DNA of 64,000 nt from Podarcis bocagei. Its lineage: Eukaryota. Below the pieces are notes generated by a model. That model was not told the DNA's origin, made no database searches, and saw only the letters and a list, made by a program, of their open reading frames with translations. The stretch is taken from NCBI GenBank assembly GCA_964188305.1, contig OZ076894.1; one strand, 5' to 3'. Position 1 is the first letter of the stretch. Every line of letters begins with the position of its first letter. This document shows positions 1 to 11,484 of the stretch, piece after piece. The position numbers were made by a program, and so were the translations under genes.

Positions 1-1861
1 GTTGAAGGTCAATGAAAGGCCGAATCCTCCCTATAGACCACCCTTACTTAGATACACTATAGCTTTTTAAAAACCGCTTCTTAAAAAGTACAAAATAATA
101 CTGAAATTATGCAGGTGTAACTCCCCCCCCCAATACAACATTTAGAGTAGCAACAAAGGCATTGTAAACAAGCAAACAAGCACTGTGTACTTGAAGGAAT
201 TCAACATGTTTCTCTTAGTAGGGTAAAGGCCAAATGTAGCTTGTCAACTAGTTGATTTCATTATCCCAATGAGGTGAAGTGCACGGATTGTGATCAGCGG
301 CAGGGCATGACCCGGTGGTGCCTGGGGTGGGTGGGAGCGTGCCACACAATGGGGAAAGGGCACGCCGTGGGGTGGAGTATGCCGTCGGAATGACTGCGTC
401 CTTCTCAGCCGTCCTTCCTCGGATCTTAATCACAATCAGAGGCGTAGAGTGAGGGGTGCTGGGGGGGTGCATCGCCCCAGGTGCAATTTTGTGAGGGGGG
501 TGCTGGGTGCCAGAGCTGCTGCATCCTTCTCAGCTGCAGGGCATTAACTTCACAGTATTTCACATGCAGGGGAGAGATGTGGCAGCTTCGTGCACCAACC
601 CCACACTGCTTTTGTGGGAATTGTGGGACCTGTAGGGCACTCAAGCCACTGCGTCCCCCTCAGCCACCCTTTGGCTGGAGGGCACCCAGAAGAGATGTGG
701 CAGCTTGGGCACCCTGTAAAAGCAGTGAGAGGCTGCAAGAGCAGTGTGGAGCCAGCGCATGGAGCCGCCACATCTCTCCCTTGCATGTGAAATACTGTGA
801 AGAAATTGTCCTGGCACTTTTCAAACTGTGTTGCTTGAAATGCACAGTTCAGCATTTTCCCCAGCTACCACTGTTGCCGTCTTCCACATCACAGTATCAT
901 TTATATTACAGCTGTATGAGAGGACTAAAAAATTCTAAATAGGCCAAGGCTTTACAACCGAAAGAGGGTATCTCTTCTCCATCATTGAACCAGCCAGAAA
1001 TACACGTCAGCATTTTTCTTAGTTGGGAATCAAAACGTGTACTTCCAACATCTACACGTCACAATGAATAACTGACTGTACTTCCCCAATGCCTGGAAGC
1101 ATTTACAACCTTCCTCAGATCTTAATCACAATTACAGGCGTAGGTTGGGGCATGCTGGGGGGGACATCACCCCAGGTGCAGTCTTGGGAGGGGGCCACAG
1201 GGTGCCAGAGCTGCTGAATCCTTCACAGTTGGAGAGACGCAGCAGCTCCGTGTGCCGGCCCCACACTGCTTTTGAGGGCAGTGCAGGACCTGCAGGGTGC
1301 CCAAGCCACCGCATCTCTTCTGGGTGCCCTTTAGCTGGAGGGTGGCTATGGGGAACACTGAGGGTCCCACGTTGCCTGCAAAAGCAGTGCGGGGCCAGCA
1401 CATAAAGCCACCGCACCCCTCTGGCTGAGAAGGAAGCAGAAGCTCTGGTGCCCTCTGCGCCGCTCCCCCCCCCCCAACAGTTCCCCCTCCACTATACCTC
1501 TGAATGTGATTAAAAACTGCTTCCAGGCATTTGAGAAGTTCAGTCAGTTATTCATTGTGATGCGTAGATGTTGGAAGTTAGAATGGTACTGTGATGTGGC
1601 AGACAGCAACGCTGGGAAACCGCTGCAATGTGCATTTCAAGCAACGCAGTTTGAAAAGAGGCAGGGCAATTTCTTCACAGTATTTCACATGCAAGGGAAG
1701 AAGAGTGCGGGAGGAAGGGGGAGAAGCCCCATGCTGCTTTAAGGCAGGGAAGGAGGCAAACAGGTCCACCATCCTTTAGAGTTCCAAGGCTCCTATACTA
1801 GGGGCGTCGTCTTGTGCTCTCCTTTAAGTTGGCTCACGCAGGATCCAGAAAGCCCCAGTTC
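1..1861 (-). other. RAPGEF2: RAPGEF2 3' UTR (probably continues beyond the window)
   Basis: Follows the stop codon; I did not find a minus-strand AATAAA in this interval; interrupted by the composite insertion at 295-1502. Confidence 0.75.
295..1502. mobile_element. Composite non-autonomous hAT-like element carrying inverted host-gene fragments
   Basis: 8-bp flanking direct repeat ATTGTGAT (287-294) / AATGTGAT (1503-1510); ends CAGCGGC... and ...CTATACCTCTG; inverted copies of the right end at 437 and 1133, each preceded by inverted flank ending TTAATCACAAT. Confidence 0.6.
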
Positions 1862-1887
1862 TTAGACGGCAGAGACTTGCTCATCTT
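1862..1887 (-). CDS. RAPGEF2: RAPGEF2 terminal coding exon 24 (EDEQVSAV*), class I PDZ-binding motif SAV
   Basis: TTTGCAG|AA GAT GAG CAA GTC TCT GCC GTC TAA; the 24 exons sum to 4476 nt (1491 aa plus stop). Confidence 0.95.
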
Positions 1888-2182
1888 CTGCAAACACAAC
1901 AGGATAGGAGGTAAATACATCTCAAGGTATTTAGAACTAAAATAGCCAATGTATTTATATGTTAGGCTTGTTCACTTGTAACACTAAACCCATAGTGTAG
2001 CATGCACATTCGCTCTCCATGCCCTCTCCTGTGCAGCCAGGATCAGGAAAAGGTGGTAAATACCAGCCATGAATTCTGGCTAGTTGGTACATAGGAATCA
2101 GATATTAGAGTTTAACTAACCAAAGTATGTTTTAAAACAAGCCAGTTTCATAACCTAAGGTTTTAAAGTTGGTCTGTTTAGA

Positions 2183-2630
2183 ACAGGGCTGGCAAACCTG
2201 TGGCATACTGACTAATCTTGACCCACAAGGCCATTTCCCACACCCACTTGTCCATCAGCTAGTATCACTGAGTGAAATCAGCTGCTTATTACAAGGGCAA
2301 AGTACCTCCCTCTGTTATCTGTTTCAACAGCATGTTCACCTGGTGAGCAGAGAGTTATAGGATCTGGCTGGTAACAGGCATACTCAGCCAAAGCCCTGCA
2401 GTACACTTTAAACCACTGGTTGGGCTGTTTGCAAAAGGGCTTTCAAATATCTGTTCATGGTGCTCTGAAGTCCCAAAAGTGCAGGCTTCAAAGCACAATG
2501 CTACCTGATGCCCTTATGACATCAGGTGATTGACAAGTGGACAGCACTACGCACATGTTAAATTACACCCTCCAGGGGTGGGGAGATAAAGATTTGGTCT
2601 ACCAGTCAGAAAAATGTCCCCAACCCACTT
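2183..2630. mobile_element. Old hAT-like MITE; related inverted copy near 26400-26560
   Basis: Starts CAGGGCTGGCAAACCTGTGGC; the internal ATCAGGTGATTGACAAGTGGACAG is matched in reverse by CTGTCCACCTGTAAATCACCTG near 26437. Confidence 0.35.
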
Positions 2631-3399
2631 TAGAAATTAGCCAGAGTCTGTTTTGAGCTCTAATCTCTAGTTGATCAGTAATAAGTCAGGTTTCTTTAAC
2701 ACTGGAAGTAAATACTAGCAAAAGCCTTCTCAGGCTGTCCAGCAGAAGCTGAAGGGGTGAAGCAAGAGCCTTTGTTTGAGTTTATGTACATAGTGCTAAA
2801 CCACAATTTTACTTTTGCATGTGAACCAGCTACTGTGTTTACATCTCTCTCAAGTAAATACTGAACCTTATGTTTCTTTCAGCATGGTTCTTCCATTTAC
2901 CCTTTAGATTAAAATACCATTTGGCTGCTTTGCCATCTCCACTTTAATTTTACCAAATCAGACTGTTTTTAACATTCAACTCAGTAAATGTTTACACCTT
3001 TGCTACAAACATTACACGGCCCTGCACTTGACTCAATATTAAGTTAAAATCCTGAGAGCATTGATGTGCTGCAGAGGAAGTGCAAACTTTACAGCTTTTT
3101 AGTCTACAAAGTATTTGAAGACTTCTTGGATTTTACACCAAAAGAAGAATTCTGCCCATGGAAAATCCTCCCTCTTAGAACCAAGATATATAAAAAAATT
3201 AAAAAATCAATAAATGTTTGGATGAGCTGCCAGCACTTCTGTCATAAGAACAAGAAACAAAGCCAGAAACACTTCTGAGCTCAGAGCTGGATAAAAGTAC
3301 ACGCCCTCTCTTGCACCTGCATAAACTCTTCTGGATGCAAAAGAACTTATGGAAACGAACCCTTAACTTATTATTTTCAAAATGTTATAAGATGTTTAC

Positions 3400-3705
3400 C
3401 ATCCTCCTCTGTGGAAAACCCTTGAGACTGATAGTGAACCAGATGTGGGTCTGACTCATTTGGTTTGTGCCACTGAGGTTTGCCCACAGGCCTGCTAGAT
3501 GGAGGACCCTGTGGTTGCTGCTGTGAAGCTGAAGTCCCAGGGGCTTCACTTGACCGTGCCACCATCCTAGACCTCTGAAGTGCCACGTTGTAATCCGGAG
3601 GTTTTCGGGCTGGGTGGGAAACTCCTTCAGCAAAGTCAGCAATAGGTATTCCTACATAACCAGGCGGGGTTGGTGGTGGTTCACGATAGCGGCCCTCTTT
3701 TCGAG
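3400..3705 (-). CDS. RAPGEF2: RAPGEF2 exon 23 ([10 protein letters not shown]...FSTEED), two PY motifs (PPGY, PPDY)
   Basis: ORF 3377..3733; 306 nt; G|GTAAAC donor. Confidence 0.96.
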
Positions 3706-5196
3706 CTGCAGTAAAATAGTGCATCATCAGCAATGATAATCATTTACATATATTTGTTACAACTACTATCTATGCCTGTACTTAGTTCTATTATGTCATA
3801 ATCCTGGTAGCTCTGATGTGCTTCCAAGGGAGTTCAACAACTTGGCATTAAAAACAACCACAGTATGGACATGAGGCAGCCCAAAAGTAAAGGCATTTAC
3901 ATTTCACTGAGTCCAAATGGGAGTTGAGCACATTCTTAAAACTTTCCCATTCAAATCAATGGAATCCAAAACTGCTTAATTCTGGCTGGATTATACAGGC
4001 ACAGCCATACCAAATACCTATACACCTACATATTAATTTTATATATATTATGCAATTAAAAACATAGACATAAGCAAAGCTACAAAGAAAAAGAACAAGT
4101 GAAATAGAAGATAACTAATACAAAACCTGAGCCAATTATAGAAAGCAGCTTGTGATAACACTTAAATTATGTATATAGGGCATGGTGACATCTTGAAAAA
4201 GAATCTCAAACTTAGATTTGTAAAGAACACAGTTGATAAAAAGGCACTGTGAAGCATAGACAATATATGACTGCTTTCATCTTCTAGCAAAAAAAGAGAA
4301 ATAGCACTAACCCACTTTGCATATTGAAGTATATACAGTTCTCTCACTTGAGGTGATATTCTGACAAGATTCATGTTTTGCCTAATTCTCTCAGCACAGT
4401 TAAATAAAAATAAAAAGTATTTATAGTTCAAATAATAAAGCACATATATTGTGCTCAGGTTCGGAGTTCTGTACTCCTTCCTTACGCATCATTAATATAC
4501 TTTTAAATGCCTATATTGTCTTTCCAAAAAGAAGTCATCCAAGATGGTTCACAAAACAATATAAAGAATAAATACATGAATTAGCTGTAATAAGTGAGAA
4601 GGAATCTTAAAATCCAGGAAGTAAAATATTTAAGATAAGCCAAAGAAATGTGCTCCCTATTATGTTGACTGGAGAAGAGGGGGCATGGCAAAAATACTCA
4701 ACAACCTAAGAGTGAGGGCAGGAAGATCATTATGTGATCATGTAATCATGCAGCCCAGGGATGTGAATTTCAGGACAAGGGGCTAAATGCAGTCCTTTGG
4801 ACCATTCTAGTCAACCCTTGGCCACACACCTCACTGGTTCTGCTCCATACCCATCCTCTGAATGCCTTTGCTGATTAACTGTGATAATGTTTCTCGCTTG
4901 CTGCATACATGTATGTGTAAAAATGAAGTAGCCACTGTTGTTGATTACTGAATCATTTTGGTTTGTGGATATAGCTGATGAGTGCTCGAAACGTCAGAGA
5001 GAAAGAATAATGTGAAGTCAAGGGATTACCCATGAAGAATATATCCCAGGGACCACCAGTCTATTTAGCCAGTGTCAGGGGGACATTTCCCTTTTCCCAT
5101 ATTTCTGTTGAAGGTTGTGGGGTTCCCCTTGTCACTCTACACACCAGAATCTGTGACATATGCAAACTGGCAGAAAAAAGTGTGCTGTCAGGAACG

Positions 5197-5383
5197 AAAC
5201 ATAGGAAAAAGCCTGCATTTCCTAAGGCAGGTTATTTGCCCATCCAGTTCAGTTTTATTGCTAACTGGCAGCAGCTCTCCAGGGTTTCAGACAGGAGTCT
5301 TTTGTCAGCCCAGATGCCGACAACTGAACCTGGACCTTTTGCGTGCAATGCAGTGCTCCACTCCAGATCTACAGCCCTTTCCC
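5197..5383 (-). mobile_element. tRNA-derived squamate SINE (Squam3-like), diverged
   Basis: Reverse complement resembles the 14243-14436 copy (GGGAAAGGGCTGTAG head, CCTATGT tail). Confidence 0.6.
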
Positions 5384-5935
5384 ATTTATATCCTGAAATC
5401 CTATAGCAAGATTTATTCAAATCCTTTTATCTCCTGCTCTCTAACACCAGCATCTCCACCTTTTTATATCCCTAGACAAGTTTAAATCTGCATTAGTAAT
5501 TGAGGCATAGAAGGAAATTGTGCTAAACAACAAATTGCAGTTGTTCCTGATGGAGGTATAGGGCAGAGCACACTAGGGCTATATTATTGACATACACAAA
5601 GAGAGAAAACTGTACCCCCATATTATAAGACATTGGACTAAGCATATTAACAAACTAGAAAGGAAAAGAAAACCAGAGTTTATGTTAATGACTGAAATGT
5701 GGGCAGTTCTGAGGCAAGATAAAAAAATAATAACTAAAAAATAACAATGGAATATCTGCAGGAGGAAGCATCACTTCAGCACAAAAGGCTTTACGGAAAA
5801 AGCAAAACACAAGTTAAGACTATGAGCTGGCTATATGTTTTGCTCAAAAAAAGATTAAGGAAAAATATTTGTAAAATAAATTCATATTTATAGCAAATAT
5901 GTAGGATACTTTGTGGTAGACAAAGGTAAACTTAC

Positions 5936-6495
5936 CAATAAGACCCTTTGTATTACTTGTTGACACAGCTATATGAGCTGGCATGGGAACTGGCTTTGAA
6001 TCCTCTGCTGTCATAGATGTTATGCTACTGGTTTCAGCTTCAATTGACACATCCTTCCCACCCCTCCGTTTTATGGTACCTGTATCACCTTCAGAGTCCT
6101 CTCCCCAGTAGCCTGTGGAGGATGCCCAGCTTGCTCTGGACTGTGCTTGATCAAGGCCCTCCCTACCTTGACTCTGCCTGCCATACTTTGTGCCATGATC
6201 GGAGAACATCATCGGGTCCATGTGGCTGCCTGAGGCCCACAGTCCTGCCCCATCGCCTGAACTATCGAAATGAGCATGTCCAAAAGGAAGAATCTCCCAA
6301 CTTCGCTGGTGCTGTATTGTCTGTATGTTGTCATGGGAACCACTTGAACAAGAAGTCCAGCTGCCACGGCCACTATCCGCTGCATCAAGTGATGCTCGAT
6401 CTCCCTGATCCTGTGACAGCTCCTCAGTGCTAGGAGAAGAAAGCATGGTTGCCCCAGCATACAAGCCTCTATTCTCTGACAGTGGTGGGTAGTAG
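5936..6495 (-). CDS. RAPGEF2: RAPGEF2 exon 22 ([10 protein letters not shown]...TKGLI), includes DSGRGS beta-TrCP-type degron
   Basis: ORF 5844..6590; TCTAG acceptor, G|GTAAGT donor; 560 nt. Confidence 0.96.
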
Positions 6496-8038
6496 CTAGA
6501 AGAACACAGGAACAAAATAATTAATAGGCATAAAGCAACAATGTTGCCACTAGCAATTAGAATATCAAACCGCAGTAACAATTTGCACAAAGCATTTTGT
6601 TCAATTTGTAGTACAGATCAGTTAACTCTAAAGATGTCTGTGCTCAAATTCACATGCTTCAATAGCTGCCAAATATACGTCTAATGAAATTATTATGATA
6701 CTTTGTGCACCAACTGAACACTAGATCAGAAGCATCATTGGGTGTTTTTCAAAGATTTTTCAAATTGTGAATCTGGTAAGAGTATTAGGAGCATGCATTT
6801 TCCCCATTCTTCCCCTATTATCTCTTGGAGATGCAGATATATCATCTAATACTTATCAAAACAATTGGGGAAAAGATTTAGGACATTAGTCACTAAACAC
6901 TGTCTGGAATTGGATATGACAAAATGTCCCTCAACAAAAAATCAGTGCACATTTAAATGAAACTTTTTACAAGTTCATTTTTCTTTGGTGCTTAGAGGTC
7001 TCTTGGTATCTTAAATGGTGAATTCAGCCCTTTAATATTTAGTGAAAGAATTTGCATTGTATTCTATCTATGGTAGTTTAAAAACAACTTTTCCCAAATA
7101 TTGATTCCTTAATTTTGAGAATTATATAAATGTAGTCCCCAGCACTAACATTTTCTAGATTTCCAATTTAACATACTAATTTGCACTGTCACCTCCTCTC
7201 TCCTTTCCCCTTATTGACAATAATTTACTTTTCTTTGTTCTTCTTGATGCAGTGCTTCTCGAGTCCCACTTGCTGATTCAAGTTGTATTTATTATCTTCA
7301 TTATTCTGTTTTTATATTTGATAAGTTTAAGTGTTTTCCTTTCCAGTATCTGAACTAAATATTCCTTCCATCTGTTATTATCTTTGATTAGCTAATGTTT
7401 TAACCACAGTTTCTTATTCAACAAGATAAGTAGTTTAAATGAGGTCCCCCATTGATATTTTGTTAATTTTTGCCTAAGAAGTAGTGTGAGAAACTTGAAT
7501 TCCATGATTTTACTTGAAATATCTGGGTGCATATCAGCTAGGATTTTAAACAGATTTCCAATTAAAATAAATTTCCCGCCTGTGCTGCAAGTTGCAGCTT
7601 CTTTTAAACTAATAAATGTAACCAAGATGTCTCTCAAGCATTCACTAAACACCAACTCAAAAACGAGGGACCATTCTATTTTTAGATCCTATTCTAAAAG
7701 ACACCTCAGTCCAAGCTGATCAAAGTTTGTCCAAATGTACATAATTACACAAGCATTCTTTTAAGAAGACTACTAGGTTTCCCCTCTCCATTCCTTCTGG
7801 GAGACCCCTACATTTAAAAATAAATAACAGGATATTTTGGAAAGATTGGGCCAAGAAAGCATTATGCATTATGGGACATGGGTTGGCAGTGTTTTGCTTT
7901 TCCTTTAAAGGCAGAGTCACTCAAGTGATGCCTTGTAACAGAATACATGTTCCTAAAATCTGCTCATGAAAGAAAAAGCATCTACAGCTCTAGAGTAGGC
8001 TTTTAATAAATGTAATTACACTGACATGTACTACCTAC

Positions 8039-8264
8039 CCTATGCTGTACTGATCTGGTTCAATTATGGCTCTTCGGTCAATCCTGCCCACTCCAAGGTT
8101 AGTCTCCACAATGCTGACAGAGTGCCTCTGCCTCCTGTCATCATGTAGTGATACTGGCATGGAGTCAAATGAAGAATTGCTGACAATGCTGGATCTGGAA
8201 GAAATTTCACTGTGACCAGAGTCTGAAAAGTTATCCACGGTACCACTGGGAGCCAGAGTATAAC
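8039..8264 (-). CDS. RAPGEF2: RAPGEF2 exon 21 ([16 protein letters not shown]...PDQYSI)
   Basis: ORF 8035..8352; 226 nt. Confidence 0.96.
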
Positions 8265-9309
8265 CTGTACAGGGAAGAGTGATTATAACAATTTTCATTA
8301 TAAAATTTTCAGCATTTGTATAAATATTCAAATTATGCAGCCCCTGTACCAAAATAACTTTTTAAATTGTTGTTTTAAATCTGAGAACAAATAATTTATA
8401 AGGGGGTATTTATAGTATCATCTTATTTTTAAGATAGAGAATTTGGGGGGAGAAAACATTAACAGATGATAATTTAAAGATCAAAAAAAAAATTTTACTT
8501 GAAGTTTCAATATCTAACTAACATGATTCAAATGGGTTCTACACTGTATGCCTTTGCCATCCATTGGGATAAAATTTGATTAGAGAAAACCAACCATATC
8601 CCTGGAAAAGCCCACAGCAATCCAATTATAGGAATCTAATTTTGCTTAACGTGAAATAAATTTGGGGGGTGGGGCGTGCTGCCACACATATGAACAATGG
8701 TAAACATGCTTGGTTCCACAGCCAGGATTGATGCATAAGGGAAACATAAATGTGGTCTCATTTGTATAGGAAGCTTCATCATAATTCCAAAAAGAAAATA
8801 CTTTGCATGAAGATTTTTATTCCACACAAATTGTCTTCATCGTGATACCCATATACATTTCTACCCATCCCTGATACTGTGGGAGGCTGCATACATGAAT
8901 GGTTTCAGCAAATAGGGGTGAACAACTAATATTCAATATCATTATGGTTCTTGGCACTTGGATATGGGGATCGTTAAGCTGCTTTATCTCCTTTCCCAAC
9001 TGCATCTGAGAAGGCAGGAACATAGGAAGCTGGTTGTGCCGAGTTAGGCTGCGGGTTCATTTAGCTCAGTATGCCTGCACTCAGTATTGACTTGTACTCA
9101 GTATTGACTTGCACCAGGATTTCTGACAGAAAATGTTCTGGCTTGCATACTTAGCATGTGACAACTTTGTGCTTTTAGGAAATGTCTGCCCATGCTAAAC
9201 CACAACTGACTACATATTTGGCATCTTAACTACGTTTAAACAGTTATCACTAACAATTACAAGAGAGGAGAACTTGTGAGAGGTGAGGAGTATTTAGACC
9301 CTGGCATAC

Positions 9310-9462
9310 TTTTCCTTGGAGAGCTCTGTGGTGAGGTGGGAGGAGAAGATAACTGTGAAGACGCATTTGAAATTGTATCCTCTGCTTGTTTCTTATGACG
9401 ATCCAAGCTTCCCTCTTCAGAAAGTGAAAGAATTTTCTTTAAAGCTTGTGGAGAGTTTATGC
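9310..9462 (-). CDS. RAPGEF2: RAPGEF2 exon 20 (INSPQALKK...QSSPRK)
   Basis: ORF 9257..9502; donor AAA|GTATGC; 153 nt. Confidence 0.92.
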
Positions 9463-10613
9463 CTTCAATAAAGAAGAAGTAACACATCTGATATAAATGC
9501 ACGCACTTTTTCTTGCATATTCAAATGAGGCCATTCCATGGACCACTGATACTACCATTACTATGATATTTTAGCCCACCCTTCTTTTGCAGATCTGAGG
9601 GCAGTGTACATTACACACCCACATTTATTATCACAACCCCCCAGTTATACTGAGAGAATATGCTTAAAGGGGATTTCAATCTAAGTCACTCCACTACTCC
9701 ACACCAATGCACAATTTATTCTAAGAAAATTATATGCAATTAATAAAAACAAATTTAAACGTAACTATTCAGCCCAAGTAAAATGTAGGTTAAACCAATG
9801 TTTCTGTTTTACATTCACTTGGAAAATGTTTGGTTCTTCTCAGCCATTCATAGAAAAACATTGACTACAGCTAGTACCCCAGGTTATCCCCTCCCTCAGG
9901 CCTGCAACTGAGACAGAAACCTGCAGCTTAAACATGTCTGAAGTGCCATTAAATTTAAAGGTAAATGGCTACTTCACTGATTCAATGCTGTTATATATAT
10001 AAATGTAAGTATAAATGAAAAATAGAGTTAAAGAAAATATAGACTCAACAGACATTGATCACAAGATCAGGAACCATGGTTAAAATTGGATAGTTGTAAA
10101 AATGTGCAGTGGATGTCATCTGCTTCAGAGTGCTGTCAAGACTGGGCTTGCATTAGCAGGCCCCAACATAGGAAGAAGAGGAAGATTGGTGAGGACTAGA
10201 GTCAGAGGTGGGGGGGAGGGGCTCTCTAGCAACTGTCAGCTCCCTTAGCACACTACAGTTCCCAGGATTCTTTGGGGGAAGAATGACTTTTTAAAGTGGG
10301 ATGATACTGCGTTAAATGCAAACTACAGGTGAGACTTTCATGTGATCTCTTAACATTGATTCTGTTACACTTTTTTACTGAACTTTCCATTTCCAAAACA
10401 CAACAGTAATAACAATTATTAGAACCTGTGTTTTCCCCACCTTTGTTTGCAGTTGCTCAAGATGCATACCTGTCATTTGTGAAAATACAATCCTGAAACA
10501 TGGAACTTCAGCTAGGAATTTGAAAATGTTTTTTTAATGCTCTTGAGAATTTGTTTACCCATTTTTAACATAAAATTATTTTTCTACTGAACAGAACAAT
10601 CCACAATACTTAC

Positions 10614-10799
10614 CAAAGGGTGGAAGGTCTTTGACTGGTACTTTCTTACGAGAGGGATAAAGTGATACAGCAGGGACCTGCAGTGCTTGGTTTGCTTTGT
10701 GCTGCTGTTGCTGCTGCACTTTCTGCTGGATCCCTGACCTATGTGCGACTGGGGATGTTTCAGGTTTTCCAGACCGTTTTTCCCCTGGAGTCTTGGGTA
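10614..10799 (-). CDS. RAPGEF2: RAPGEF2 exon 19 ([11 protein letters not shown]...VKDLPPF)
   Basis: Manual translation ends [23 protein letters not shown]; AAG acceptor, G|GTAAGT donor; 186 nt. Confidence 0.92.
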
Positions 10800-11260
10800 C
10801 TTTAAATAAAAAGTAGAATTAAGATTACAGTTAAGACTACCTCAAGAGTACTTGATTTTATATTAAACGGTGTCCAGAAGAATGATCAATGATGGAAAAG
10901 AGATATCCTCTCTTGGTTGAAAAGCCTTGGAATTTTTTATTCCTCTCATTCAGCTATAATATACTACCACAAACTATAGTAAAATGATGCCCTAATCAGC
11001 AGTTGGAGAGCCAATTAGGTAATGTATGCCATTTAAGAAACAAGTACCACATATGCCAACTGTAATATTGTCTACAATTTGCAATGGCATGGAATAACTT
11101 GTTTTCTAGTGATCAGCTTGATTAGAAACACATACTTCCCTCAATGATGCTGTGGCCAAGCCTAAGCCTGAGGGACAGTTAAGCTGTAGGCTAAATAAAG
11201 ATAAATTAACAGCTCATTTGCCATGACTGAGGTGCACACCCAACTAAGAAAAATGCTCAC

Positions 11261-11484
11261 ATGTATTGCTGGCTGGTTCACATTGTAGAGAGAGTGCCTG
11301 AAGGCTCTCTTCATCCATTTCCAGATCCAAATTGGAGAGATACTGCTTGACTTTCCGAGCCATCTGAGCATCTTCATATAGCTTTTTGGCATTGAGGAAG
11401 GAGCTGCGGCGGACCCGCTTTTTATGTCCACCCGTTTGTGCAACATCAAGGACTGCTGCATTTGTACTGCCTTGACTGAGAGAC
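11261..11484 (-). CDS. RAPGEF2: RAPGEF2 exon 18 ([11 protein letters not shown]...QCEPASNT)
   Basis: Manual translation in a frame other than the listed ORF; CCCCAG acceptor, T|GTGAGC donor; 224 nt. Confidence 0.95.

Noticed and set aside
248-1779. Many 60-153 aa ORFs near the left end
   Set aside because: They lie in the GC-rich composite insertion and 3' UTR; shared peptides reflect the duplications, not genes.
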